Source: an uncultured Erysipelotrichaceae bacterium (lineage in GTDB: Bacteria > Bacillota_I > Bacilli_A > RF39 > UBA660). Taken from it: DNA of 47,633 bases. The stretch spans positions 1 through 47,633 of the forward strand of contig CACZTK010000060.1 in NCBI GenBank assembly GCA_902784095.1, in the 5' to 3' direction. The position numbers were made by a program, and so were the translations under genes. This document shows, piece by piece, positions 18,710 to 28,094 of the stretch; position 1 is the stretch's first letter; the number at the start of each line of letters is the position of its first letter. Below the pieces are notes generated by a model that worked only from the letters and a program-made list of their open reading frames with translations, made no database searches and was not told the DNA's origin.

Positions 18710-20110
18710 ATGATAACAAAACCAAAAGGATGTAAAGATATTTATGGATATGATGCTAAAGTATGGAAGTATATATGTAATGTAGTTGATTCTGTAATGG
18801 AAAAATATAATTATGGATATATTCGTACACCTATATTTGAATCTAGTGAATTATATCATAGAGGAGTAGGTGAAACTTCTGACATTGTTACAAAAGAAAC
18901 ATATGATTTTACTGATCGTGGTAAAAGAAATATGACACTTCGCCCAGAAGGAACAGCAGGAATAGTTAGAAGTTATATCGAAAATAAAATGTATGGAGAG
19001 GAAAATCCTACTAAACTATATTATAATGGTACAATGTATCGCTATGAGCGTCCTCAAGCAGGTCGTGAAAGAGAACTTACTCAGTTTGGTGCCGAAGTAT
19101 TAGGTAGTGATGATCCAATGATTGATGCAGAAATTATTTCATTACAATATAATATATATAAAATTTTAGGTTTAAAAGACGTTGTAATGCACATTAATTC
19201 TCTTGGAGATAGTGATTCACGTGCTAGATATAGAGATGCCTTAGTTAGACACTTTGCACCTCATATTAATGATTTTTGTGATGACTGTAAAACAAGACTT
19301 TCTAAAAATCCACTTAGAATTTTAGATTGTAAAGTTGATGGAGAAAGTGAAGTATTTAAAAATGCACCTACTACAATTGATTATTTAAATGAAGATAGTC
19401 GCATTCGTTTTGAAAAAGTAAAAGAATACTTAGATATATTACAAGTACCATATGAAGTTGATCCAAAAATTGTTAGAGGACTTGATTATTATAATCATAC
19501 TGTATTTGAAGCAGTCATTGATGTAAAAGAATTAGGCGGACAAAATGTTATTGGTGCTGGTGGAAGATATAATGGTTTAGTTGAGCAATTAGATGGACCA
19601 TCTACTCCTGGAGTTGGTTTTGCATCAGGTATTGATAGAATCTTAGTTGCTTTAGAAAAACAAGAAGTAAAATTACCAATAAAAGAAGGAATTGATTTAT
19701 TCTTAATGTATGTTAATGATGAAGAAAAGAATTATGCTACATACTTAGCTCAAGAATTAAGATTAAATGGATTTAATGTTGATACAGAGTATACTTCTCG
19801 TAGTTTAAAAGCTCAATTTAAACAAGCTGATAGATTAGGTGCAAAGTTTATTGCGGTGTTAAATAGTGAAGATTTAGATAATAATGAAATTCGTATTAAA
19901 AACAATGAAACAAAAGAAGAAGAAATAATCTCAATCGATGCCTTAATCTTCTATTTAGATGAAAAATTACCATCTGAAGATGATTTATATGGTTTTGATG
20001 ATTGTTGTTGTAACGACGAATGTAATTGTGGTGATGACTGTCACTGTACTGAAGAAGATAATTGTGGTTGTGGTGGACACTGTCACTGTCATCATGACGA
20101 AGAGGAATAA
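18710..20110 (+). CDS. hisS: histidine--tRNA ligase with a C-terminal Cys/His-rich extension
   Basis: The RBS is AAAGGGAGG. Class II motifs are LRPEGTAG, YRYERPQAGRERELTQFG and GAGGRYNGL, plus an anticodon-binding domain. The last 46 aa form an acidic Cys/His tail. Confidence 0.95.
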   Translation: MITKPKGCKDIYGYDAKVWKYICNVVDSVMEKYNYGYIRTPIFESSELYHRGVGETSDIVTKETYDFTDRGKRNMTLRPEGTAGIVRSYIENKMYGEENPTKLYYNGTMYRYERPQAGRERELTQFGAEVLGSDDPMIDAEIISLQYNIYKILGLKDVVMHINSLGDSDSRARYRDALVRHFAPHINDFCDDCKTRLSKNPLRILDCKVDGESEVFKNAPTTIDYLNEDSRIRFEKVKEYLDILQVPYEVDPKIVRGLDYYNHTVFEAVIDVKELGGQNVIGAGGRYNGLVEQLDGPSTPGVGFASGIDRILVALEKQEVKLPIKEGIDLFLMYVNDEEKNYATYLAQELRLNGFNVDTEYTSRSLKAQFKQADRLGAKFIAVLNSEDLDNNEIRIKNNETKEEEIISIDALIFYLDEKLPSEDDLYGFDDCCCNDECNCGDDCHCTEEDNCGCGGHCHCHHDEEE

Positions 20111-20112
20111 AT

Positions 20113-20520
20113 ATGGATAAAGAACAAGAAATAGAATTTGCTAAAAGAATAGTAAATGATGCTAATCATACATTTTTAAGTAAAGAAGATATTATATCCA
20201 ATTTTGAAGAAAATAATATTTTAGTTAGTGATAGTAAAAATATTGGATTTGTATCTCATCTAGAATATGATTCTGTAAATAATAGAGGGGTTTTAACTTA
20301 TGATGGAGAAAGATCTTTAAAAGATCAACAAAAAATACTATTATTAAATTACTGTGTTTTAATGCTAAATAAAGAAACTAATATAAAATACTATTATAAA
20401 GATATACCATCTAAGAGTAGTTTAAAAAGACTTAGTAGAAACATAGTAGATGCATCAGTTGATAAAGAATTTGGTAGTGGTTCTTTTAGTGATAATATGA
20501 AAGAAGGAATAAGAAAATGA
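20113..20520 (+). CDS. hypothetical protein (135 aa) embedded in the synthetase operon
   Basis: It starts 2 nt after the hisS stop, and its stop overlaps the aspS start (ATGA). I recognise no motif. Confidence 0.75.
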   Translation: MDKEQEIEFAKRIVNDANHTFLSKEDIISNFEENNILVSDSKNIGFVSHLEYDSVNNRGVLTYDGERSLKDQQKILLLNYCVLMLNKETNIKYYYKDIPSKSSLKRLSRNIVDASVDKEFGSGSFSDNMKEGIRK

Positions 20521-21833
20521 AAAAGATTAATATAAATGAATTAAGTAATTACTTTGATCAAGAAATAGAAATTAGTGGTTTTGTTGAGAATATAAGAAAT
20601 ATGACTTGGGTACAATTTATTGTATTAAGAGATTTATCAGGAAAAGTACAAATTACAATTGAAAAAAGTGAAGAACAGAATAAAGAACTAGTAGAAATAG
20701 TTAATAATTTAACAGTAGAAAGTACAATTAAAGTTCGTGGTAAATTAGTTCAAAATGAAAAAGTTAAATTAAATGGAATGGAAATTATTCCTAATTCTAT
20801 TGAAGTTACATCTAAAAGTGAATTAGAATTACCATTTAATTATAAAGATTTAAATAGTGCTAATATTGATACTAGAATGGATTATCGCTTTATTGAATTA
20901 AGAAATGAAAAGAATTTGCTTATGTTTAAAGTTCAATCTTTATTTGTACAAGCTATGAGAGATTATCTATATAATAATAACTTTACTGAGATTCATACAC
21001 CTAAATTAATAGGTACAGCTTCAGAATCTGGTAGTGAAGTATTTGAAGTTAAGTATTTTGATGATAAGGCATATCTTGCTCAATCTCCTCAATTTTATAA
21101 GCAAATGGCCATGGCAAGTGGTTTTGAGAAAATTTTTGAAGTAGGACCAGTATTCCGTGCAGAAAATTCTAATACTAATCGTCATGCTACTGAATATACT
21201 TGTTTTGATGTTGAATTATCATATATTGATAGTTTTGAAGATGTCATGGAATTAGAAGAAAACTTATTAGTTGCTGGACTTACTAAAGTAAAAGAAGTAT
21301 ATGGTGAAAAAATCAAAGAAGTATTTGATGTTGATGTAGTAGTTCCTAAAACACCATTTCCAAGAATCAAGTTAGAAGATTTATATAAAGAATTAGCTAG
21401 TAGATATAATTATGAAATACCTAGTGAAGATATTGGAGATATGAATGCTGAAACTGAAAAACTTACATATAAATTTGCTATGGAAGAATATGGTTCAGAG
21501 TTTATCTTTGTAACTGATTTTTCTAAAACAAAAAGAGCATTCTATCATTTAAGAGAAAATGGTATACCTCAAGGATATGATTTAATCTGGAAAGGTATGG
21601 AAATAACAACAGGTGCTCAAAGAGAACATCGTTATGATATATTAAAATCTCAAGCAGAAGAAAAAGGTTTAAGTGAAGATGTTAAGTTCTATTTAGAATT
21701 CTTTAAATACGGATGTCCTCCACATGGTGGATTTGGTATTGGTGTAGATAGAATTACAATGTTATTATTAGGACTTTCTAGTATAAAAGAAACTGAGTTC
21801 TTATTTAGAGGACCAAATAGAATTAATCCATAA
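20517..21833 (+). CDS. aspS: aspartate--tRNA ligase, short archaeal/type-2 form
   Basis: The protein is 438 aa with an N-terminal OB fold. Motifs: AQSPQFYKQ (Asp-specific QSPQ), FRAENSNTNRHATE, GGFGIGVDR. It lacks the insertion domain of ~590-aa bacterial AspRS. Confidence 0.85.
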   Translation: MKKININELSNYFDQEIEISGFVENIRNMTWVQFIVLRDLSGKVQITIEKSEEQNKELVEIVNNLTVESTIKVRGKLVQNEKVKLNGMEIIPNSIEVTSKSELELPFNYKDLNSANIDTRMDYRFIELRNEKNLLMFKVQSLFVQAMRDYLYNNNFTEIHTPKLIGTASESGSEVFEVKYFDDKAYLAQSPQFYKQMAMASGFEKIFEVGPVFRAENSNTNRHATEYTCFDVELSYIDSFEDVMELEENLLVAGLTKVKEVYGEKIKEVFDVDVVVPKTPFPRIKLEDLYKELASRYNYEIPSEDIGDMNAETEKLTYKFAMEEYGSEFIFVTDFSKTKRAFYHLRENGIPQGYDLIWKGMEITTGAQREHRYDILKSQAEEKGLSEDVKFYLEFFKYGCPPHGGFGIGVDRITMLLLGLSSIKETEFLFRGPNRINP

Positions 21834-21845
21834 GGAGGAATATAT

Positions 21846-23273
21846 ATGAGTAAATTTAATGATTCAATTACACCACGTGATGTTGATTTTGCTAAATGGT
21901 ATACAGATATTGTACGTGCTGCTAATCTGGCTGATTATACATCAGTTAAAGGTTGTATTGCAATAGAACCAAATGGTTATGCTATATGGGAAAAAATGCA
22001 ATCAATATTAGATAAAAAATTTAAAGAACTAGGTCATGTTAATTGTCAGATGCCTTTATTAATACCAGAAAATTTATTTGGTCAAGAAAAAGATTTAATA
22101 GAAGGATTTGCTCCAGAACTTGCTTGGGTAACTGAAGTAGGAGATAAAAAAATGGAAGAACGCTTTGCTGTTAGATCTACATCTGAAACACTATTCTGTG
22201 ATTATTATAAAAAACATATTACATCATATAAAGATCTACCTAAATTATATAATCAATGGTGTAATGTCTTTAGATATGAGAAAGAAACAAGACCATTTTT
22301 AAGAAGTAGAGAGTTTTTATGGCAAGAAGGTCATACAATCCATGAAACAGCCGAAGAAGCAATAAAAGAGGCAGAACAAATGGCAGAAGTATATAGATGG
22401 TTTCATCATGAAGTACTTGCCATACCTTCGATTATAGGAAGAAAGACAGAAAAAGAAAAATTTGCTGGAGCAGAATTTACTATTACTAATGAAGATTTAA
22501 TGTATAATGGTGTCTGCTTACAAGATGGTACTTCTCATTACTTTGGACAAAAATTTGCTAAAGCTTATGATGTAAAATGCACTACTAAAGATAATAAAGA
22601 AGATTATGTATATCAAACATCTTGGGGAACAACAACAAGATTAATTGGTGGTTTAATTATGGTTCATTCAGATGATTATGGATTAGTTTTACCTCCAAGA
22701 ATCGCACCAAGACAAGTAGTGATTATTCCAATAGGTGAAGATGAAGAAGTAATATCTTTATCAAATTCCTATAAAGATCTATTGTTAAATAACGATATAA
22801 CAACATATATAGATGATTCTAATAAATCTCCAGGGTTCAAATTTGCAGAAGCAGAAGTAAATGGTATACCTGTTAGAATAGAAATTGGAAAAAGAGATTT
22901 AGATAATAATGTTATTACTGTTGCTCGTCGTGATACTAGAGAAAAAATTACTATCAGTAAAGATACTGAAATAGTTTCATATATTAAAGAACTACTAGAT
23001 ACAATCCAAAATGATATGTATGAAAGAGCAAAAAAACGCCGTGATGATTTAACATTTGAAGCACATAATATGAAAGAAATGGAAGATATTTTAAATACTC
23101 AACCAGGATTTATTCATGCTATGTGGTGTGGTGATGAGAATTGTGAAAACAAAATAAAAGAAATCAAAGGATGTAAGTCTAGATGTATTACAGACGATGA
23201 AGCAATAGATGATGTTTGTGTATGTTGTGGTAAAAAAGCAAAACATCATGTTATTTGGGGAATCCAATATTAA
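21846..23273 (+). CDS. proS: proline--tRNA ligase, archaeal/eukaryotic-like form
   Basis: The RBS is AAGGAGGA. The protein is 475 aa with no INS editing domain. The N-terminus reads ITPRDVDFAKWY. It has a C-terminal Cys cluster (CGDENCE...CVCCG) and a terminal Tyr. Confidence 0.9.
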   Translation: MSKFNDSITPRDVDFAKWYTDIVRAANLADYTSVKGCIAIEPNGYAIWEKMQSILDKKFKELGHVNCQMPLLIPENLFGQEKDLIEGFAPELAWVTEVGDKKMEERFAVRSTSETLFCDYYKKHITSYKDLPKLYNQWCNVFRYEKETRPFLRSREFLWQEGHTIHETAEEAIKEAEQMAEVYRWFHHEVLAIPSIIGRKTEKEKFAGAEFTITNEDLMYNGVCLQDGTSHYFGQKFAKAYDVKCTTKDNKEDYVYQTSWGTTTRLIGGLIMVHSDDYGLVLPPRIAPRQVVIIPIGEDEEVISLSNSYKDLLLNNDITTYIDDSNKSPGFKFAEAEVNGIPVRIEIGKRDLDNNVITVARRDTREKITISKDTEIVSYIKELLDTIQNDMYERAKKRRDDLTFEAHNMKEMEDILNTQPGFIHAMWCGDENCENKIKEIKGCKSRCITDDEAIDDVCVCCGKKAKHHVIWGIQY

Positions 23274-23277
23274 AAAG

Positions 23278-23300
23278 ACACTTTGCACAAAGTGTTTTTT
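23278..23300 (+). terminator. rho-independent terminator of the synthetase operon
   Basis: ACACTTTG pairs with CAAAGTGT, followed by TTTTTT. Confidence 0.65.
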
Positions 23301-23309
23301 CTTAGAACA

Positions 23310-23338
23310 TTTACAATTATTGTTGCATAGTTTATAAT
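23310..23338 (+). promoter_or_regulatory. sigma-A type promoter of murC
   Basis: TTTACA (23310-15), a 17-nt spacer, then TATAAT (23333-38). Confidence 0.5.
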
Positions 23339-23359
23339 TATAATGAAAGAAGTGATAAG

Positions 23360-24664
23360 ATGAAATATTATTGTTTAGGTATCAAAGGTACAGGTATGTC
23401 TACACTTGCTCAAATATTATATGATTTAGGTAATGAAGTAAGTGGTTATGATGATGCTAAAGATCATAAATTTACTGAAGAAGGATTAGAAAAAAGAGGT
23501 ATAAAAATATACTATGATCAATGCCATGAACTAGATAAAGATACAATTGTAACATACTCGGTAGCATGCCCAATTGACCATAAAGAACTAGTTCGTGCAA
23601 GAGAATTAGGATTAACTATTAAAAAGTATAATGAAATAGTAGGAGAGATTACTAATTTATTTTCAACTATTAGTGTATCAGGAACTCATGGTAAAACTAC
23701 AACTACATCAATTATTAGACATATACTAGAAAATAGTATTGGTTGTAACTATTTTGTTGGTTCTGGAGATGGTATGGTATCTAAAGAAAATAAATATTTT
23801 GTAATAGAATCTGATGAATTTAATCGTCATTTTCTAGCATATCATCCAACTTACACAATTATTACTAATATTGAAGCTGAACACTTAGAATGCTATAAAG
23901 ATATAGATGATATTAGAAATACATTTGAAGAATTTGCATCAAAGACTAAAGAAGAAATTGTAGCATGTGGAGACAATCAAGAAGTAAGAAAAATTAATTA
24001 TACTAAGAAAGTTACTTTCTATGGTTTTAATGATAATAATGATATTATAATTAAAAATCTTAAACTAGATAATCTAGGTTCATCTTTTGAATTATACTTA
24101 AATAATGAATTATATGGATCGTTTAGTATACCTTTATATGGCAAACATATGGTATTAGATGCTACTGCTGCTATTATATTGTGTAAAACTATTGGGATAG
24201 ATGAAAAAGTAATAGAAAATGCTCTAAGAACATTTAAAAATGCCAAAAGAAGATTTGCTATAGAAGAAGTAAATGGAACAACAATAATAGATGATTATGC
24301 TCATCATCCAACAGAAATTAAAGTTACCCTAGAAGCAGTAAAACAAAAATATCCAGATAAAAAATTAACTGTTATATTTAAACCTAATACATATTCTAGA
24401 ACAAAAGATTTTACAAATGAATTTGTTGATGCTTTATCAGTAGCAGATAAAGTATTTCTAACCGAAATAGAATCTAACCGTGAAAAACAAGAAGATTATC
24501 CTAATATTACATCACATTTAATTACTGATAAAATAGACAATTCTGAAATAATTGATGAAAAAGATACCGAAATTATTAAGAAATATAGAGACACCATCAT
24601 ATGTATAATGAGTTGTGCATCTGTTTCCCATTTAATAGAAAATATTAAAGAAACTCTCAAGTAG
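23360..24664 (+). CDS. murC: UDP-N-acetylmuramate--L-alanine ligase
   Basis: It has GIKGTGMSTLAQIL and the Mur ligase P-loop SGTHGKTTTTS, plus DDYAHHP. Confidence 0.9.
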   Translation: MKYYCLGIKGTGMSTLAQILYDLGNEVSGYDDAKDHKFTEEGLEKRGIKIYYDQCHELDKDTIVTYSVACPIDHKELVRARELGLTIKKYNEIVGEITNLFSTISVSGTHGKTTTTSIIRHILENSIGCNYFVGSGDGMVSKENKYFVIESDEFNRHFLAYHPTYTIITNIEAEHLECYKDIDDIRNTFEEFASKTKEEIVACGDNQEVRKINYTKKVTFYGFNDNNDIIIKNLKLDNLGSSFELYLNNELYGSFSIPLYGKHMVLDATAAIILCKTIGIDEKVIENALRTFKNAKRRFAIEEVNGTTIIDDYAHHPTEIKVTLEAVKQKYPDKKLTVIFKPNTYSRTKDFTNEFVDALSVADKVFLTEIESNREKQEDYPNITSHLITDKIDNSEIIDEKDTEIIKKYRDTIICIMSCASVSHLIENIKETLK

Positions 24665-24673
24665 AGTTTTTTT
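24651..24673 (+). terminator. rho-independent terminator
   Basis: AAACTCT (24651-57) pairs with AGAGTTT (24663-69), spanning the murC stop, followed by a T run. Confidence 0.55.
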
Positions 24674-24674
24674 A

Positions 24675-24703
24675 TTGACTTTATAGGCAATATATGTTAT
24701 AAT
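24675..24703 (+). promoter_or_regulatory. near-consensus sigma-A promoter
   Basis: TTGACT (24675-80), a 17-nt spacer, then TGtTATAAT (24695-24703). Confidence 0.65.
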
Positions 24704-24728
24704 ATATAGCACTTAAGGGGGTAGGAGT

Positions 24729-26117
24729 ATGAAAGACGAAAATTATACTGAAGACTTCAACGAAGAAGACGATAACTACTATGATGATTTGGAATATGAC
24801 GAAGAATACGATTATTTGGATGATTATGGCGAATATGACGATAATGATTCAATGGAATATGATCGTAATTCTAATGATGATCAATATGATGAATATGAAG
24901 AAAAAGAGGAAAAAGAAACAACCACTGAAAAACATTACTACTTAAAAGATAGTATTAAGGGTATTATATTTATTATTCTTGTGATTATATTAGTAATTAT
25001 ACTATTAGGTTTCTTTAAAACTAATAAATCTAAGGTAAACAAGATTGATAAAAATGAAGTAAAAGTAATCAAAAAACTTGAAAAAGTTGATAATGATGAT
25101 ATTTTTAATAAGATGAAAGAATCAAGTTTAAAGTATTTTACTAAAGAAAAAATAGAAAGTGAAAATACGATAACACTTGGAACTATGAAAGAGTTAAATA
25201 TTATTGATGCAGTTGATGATAAATATGATAATAGTAAGTCAGTATCAACACTTAGCGATAATAAACTTAGAATAGATGTATATCGAGATAATAAGAAAAC
25301 AACTAAATCATATATAGTAGGAAATTATATATATTGTAAAGATACATACTATTGTGAAAAATCTACAGAATTAGAAAGTAAGTCATATGAGTATACTAAA
25401 GAAGGAAAGAAAAAACTTTCAGATTGGTCTGATTGGACTGAATATGAAGAAACATCATGTGATGTAAAAAATATTTCGTGTAAAAATGATGATATAGAAT
25501 GTCTTACAGAAATAAAAACAAATACAAAACCAATTCAAGAAGAAAAAAACATGGTATATCAAACTTCTCGTAATGCATTTAAAACATTAACCAAAGAAGT
25601 TAAATTTACATGTAGTAATTATGACTATATAAAAATTAATGGGATTTATTATAGAACTGAGAAAAATAGTAATTTCAAGATGGTAGGAGCTATTACAAAA
25701 AATACAAAATCTAATTACTATAATTGGATATATAATGGTAGAAAGAAATTTCACAATCCACCTAGTGATACAATAAATACTCGTTATGTATTTGTAAATG
25801 AGGATTATTCAAATTGTGATAATACATGTAGTGATCATCCAGATTATTACTACGATGTATATAGTTTTAATAAACAATTAGTACAAGTTAATGATACAAA
25901 TGAATGTAATAGTCTAGTAAATAGAGTAGTACCAAATTACTCAATTGAACAACAAAAAATTACAGTATCAAGAAATGAAAAACAATCCACAAATGTTTGT
26001 TATAAAAGTGAAAGAACAAGAAAATTAAGCCAAGAAGAAAATATTATGGAATGGAGTAATTATAATGATAAAAAGTTACTAAAAGATGGTTATAATTACA
26101 CTGGAGAATATAAATAA
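24729..26117 (+). CDS. hypothetical single-pass membrane protein (D/E/Y-rich N-terminus, Cys-rich external domain)
   Basis: The RBS is AAGGGGGTAGGAG. The first ~70 aa are almost only D/E/Y/N. One TM helix (IIFIILVIILVIILLGFF) follows. The ~360-aa C-terminal domain has about ten Cys and an SDWSDWTEYEETSC motif. Confidence 0.8.
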   Translation: MKDENYTEDFNEEDDNYYDDLEYDEEYDYLDDYGEYDDNDSMEYDRNSNDDQYDEYEEKEEKETTTEKHYYLKDSIKGIIFIILVIILVIILLGFFKTNKSKVNKIDKNEVKVIKKLEKVDNDDIFNKMKESSLKYFTKEKIESENTITLGTMKELNIIDAVDDKYDNSKSVSTLSDNKLRIDVYRDNKKTTKSYIVGNYIYCKDTYYCEKSTELESKSYEYTKEGKKKLSDWSDWTEYEETSCDVKNISCKNDDIECLTEIKTNTKPIQEEKNMVYQTSRNAFKTLTKEVKFTCSNYDYIKINGIYYRTEKNSNFKMVGAITKNTKSNYYNWIYNGRKKFHNPPSDTINTRYVFVNEDYSNCDNTCSDHPDYYYDVYSFNKQLVQVNDTNECNSLVNRVVPNYSIEQQKITVSRNEKQSTNVCYKSERTRKLSQEENIMEWSNYNDKKLLKDGYNYTGEYK

Positions 26118-26134
26118 TTTAGGAGGAATATAAA

Positions 26135-28003
26135 ATGGCAAAGAAACAAAGAAGAATGGGATTTTTAGAAAGTATATTAAAATCATATAGAGAGTATAGA
26201 GAAGAAAAAGAAGATGAATTAGACGATGATGATTTTGTTAGTGAAGATGATTACGTTGATGACGATGATGATTTAGAAAACAGTTCAACTTCAACTGCTG
26301 AAAACGATAAAGATAAAAAGAAAAAAGATGATAAAAAAGATAACGAAGATGATGAAGACAACGATAAAGATAAAAAGAAAAAAGATGCTAAAAAAGATAA
26401 CGAAGAGGATGAAGAAAACGATACATATAGTGAGAGTCATGGAACACGTTGTTCATTAGATGACTTTGATGAAGAAGCAGATAATTGGAAAGATGGTATT
26501 CCAGTAGGTCATGTAATTGCTGGTGCTGGTGTTATTGCCATTGGTGCTATCATTGTAATGGGTGGTTATTCACTAGTTAAAATGGCTAAAAAAGGTATAA
26601 TAAAAGAAGATGAAGATAAAACCACTGAAATAACTACTGAAGCGACTACAGAATATTATGATCCTACAACAGAAGAATTCACAGCAGAAATAGTAGCACC
26701 AGAAGAAGTAGTTGAAGAAACTAAAGATATTACTCAATATGGAGATATGGCTAACTTACTAGAAAATGCAAATCTTAGTGAAGAAAAGAAAACAGCTATT
26801 TCAAAGGTATGGAGTTATATTAGTTACTATAATACAACTGTTGCTAACCAAAATATTGAAGAAGGTAATCCAAATAAACTTGCAATTTCTTGGGATGAAG
26901 CAATGGCACAATATTTAATATATAATGGAGATATTCAAAATCCAGCAACAATATGCGCTATTTTTGATATGTATAAACTATCTCCAGAAAGTCTTAAAAA
27001 TGATTTTGAAAATAGTACAAAATTAGATTATGAAGCATATCATATACTTAATCAACCAACTAGTAAATCAGTGTTATTTGCTGATGAAAGTGCTATTATT
27101 TATGATAAGTTTGAAGATACAATTAGTAAATTTAATTCAACTAGTAAAAGTGATGTAGAATTAAGAGAATCTATTGCAAATAGATTTAATAGCGATATCC
27201 GTGGTGATTTCAATCTAGCTGGTAACTATAGTTTTAATGATCCATATAAAATGCAAATGTTGCCTTTAACAAAAGCTATGTTTGAAATGATGAAAGGTAT
27301 TAATTCAGAAACAAAACTTACAAAACATGAAAAGAAACAACTAAAGAAAGTTGATAATGTTGATGATATTATCGCAAATATTTGTTACTATAAAGTTGAT
27401 ACAGTAACAGAAGATGAATTTTCATATGAAGATATAAGAAATTTTGCTATACAACAATTAATTAATGCTGGTGCATATAATCTAGAAAATAGAGATGTTA
27501 CAACATATGCTAAATATCAAGCTTCTATAAATACAGAAGAACAAACTGAGAAAGATTCTACTGAAATGACTACAGAAGAACAAACTACTTCAAGTGAAAA
27601 AACTAGTGTTAATAATGAAACTACTGAAAGTAAAAAGAAATCTAAGAAAAAGAAACAAAAAACTGAAAAAATCGATGATGATGATAAATCAGATGAAATA
27701 CCAGCATGGATGTTAGAAGAAAACAATAAAAACAATAAAGAAAAGAAATCTAAGAAAAAGAAAGAAGAAACTAACACTAATAGTGAAACTAATAATAACG
27801 ATGGATATATTGATGAAGATGTTCCAGAAGTACAACCTGATACACCAGATGTAAGTTACAATAATAAAGTAATTAACTCATCAGTTTCAAATATTAGTAA
27901 TGATATGATGCAAAAATATTTTAATGCTGTTGCTACTGCAATAGTAGAAAATATGGCAAATAATACAGTTTCTAAAGAAATTGTTAAAGTAAAAACAATG
28001 TAA
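26135..28003 (+). CDS. hypothetical single-pass membrane protein (acidic and K/D repeat N-terminus)
   Basis: The RBS is TAGGAGGA. It has an acidic tract, a duplicated DKDKKKKD.KKDNE.DE.N unit and one TM helix (VIAGAGVIAIGAIIVMGGYSLV). A ~330-aa external domain follows, then a T/E/K-rich tail. Confidence 0.8.
   Translation: MAKKQRRMGFLESILKSYREYREEKEDELDDDDFVSEDDYVDDDDDLENSSTSTAENDKDKKKKDDKKDNEDDEDNDKDKKKKDAKKDNEEDEENDTYSESHGTRCSLDDFDEEADNWKDGIPVGHVIAGAGVIAIGAIIVMGGYSLVKMAKKGIIKEDEDKTTEITTEATTEYYDPTTEEFTAEIVAPEEVVEETKDITQYGDMANLLENANLSEEKKTAISKVWSYISYYNTTVANQNIEEGNPNKLAISWDEAMAQYLIYNGDIQNPATICAIFDMYKLSPESLKNDFENSTKLDYEAYHILNQPTSKSVLFADESAIIYDKFEDTISKFNSTSKSDVELRESIANRFNSDIRGDFNLAGNYSFNDPYKMQMLPLTKAMFEMMKGINSETKLTKHEKKQLKKVDNVDDIIANICYYKVDTVTEDEFSYEDIRNFAIQQLINAGAYNLENRDVTTYAKYQASINTEEQTEKDSTEMTTEEQTTSSEKTSVNNETTESKKKSKKKKQKTEKIDDDDKSDEIPAWMLEENNKNNKEKKSKKKKEETNTNSETNNNDGYIDEDVPEVQPDTPDVSYNNKVINSSVSNISNDMMQKYFNAVATAIVENMANNTVSKEIVKVKTM
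26306..26419 (+). repeat. in-frame 57-nt tandem duplication (2 copies)
   Basis: 26306-26362 and 26363-26419 differ at only a few positions. They encode DKDKKKKDDKKDNEDDEDN and DKDKKKKDAKKDNEEDEEN. Confidence 0.9.
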
Positions 28004-28006
28004 AAA

Positions 28007-28035
28007 TTGACAAAAAGTGTAAAATATGATATAAT
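28007..28035 (+). promoter_or_regulatory. perfect consensus sigma-A promoter with extended -10
   Basis: TTGACA (28007-12), a 17-nt spacer, then TGaTATAAT (28027-35). A 5'-UTR stem-loop TTTGAAG / CTTCAAA lies at 28044-28064. Confidence 0.75.
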
Positions 28036-28094
28036 GTGTGTACTTTGAAGGTAGGAACTTCAAATCCACATTACTATGTTGGGGGGTTGAATAT

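Noticed and set aside
26306-26419. The tandem 57-nt repeat could be a CRISPR-like or satellite array.
   Set aside because: There are only two copies with no spacers. They are fully in frame within a long ORF and encode a charged peptide repeat.
28038-28094. Upstream in-frame extensions of several ORFs to TTG, GTG or ATG starts: 3, 3991, 6017, 7744, 8733, 28038, 28525, 29340, 32318, 33352, 38121, 43267, 46558, 47342.
   Set aside because: In each case a downstream ATG or GTG has a proper Shine-Dalgarno sequence at 5-10 nt and matches the conserved N-terminus of the family. Several of the upstream codons lie inside the RBS itself or inside a UTR hairpin.
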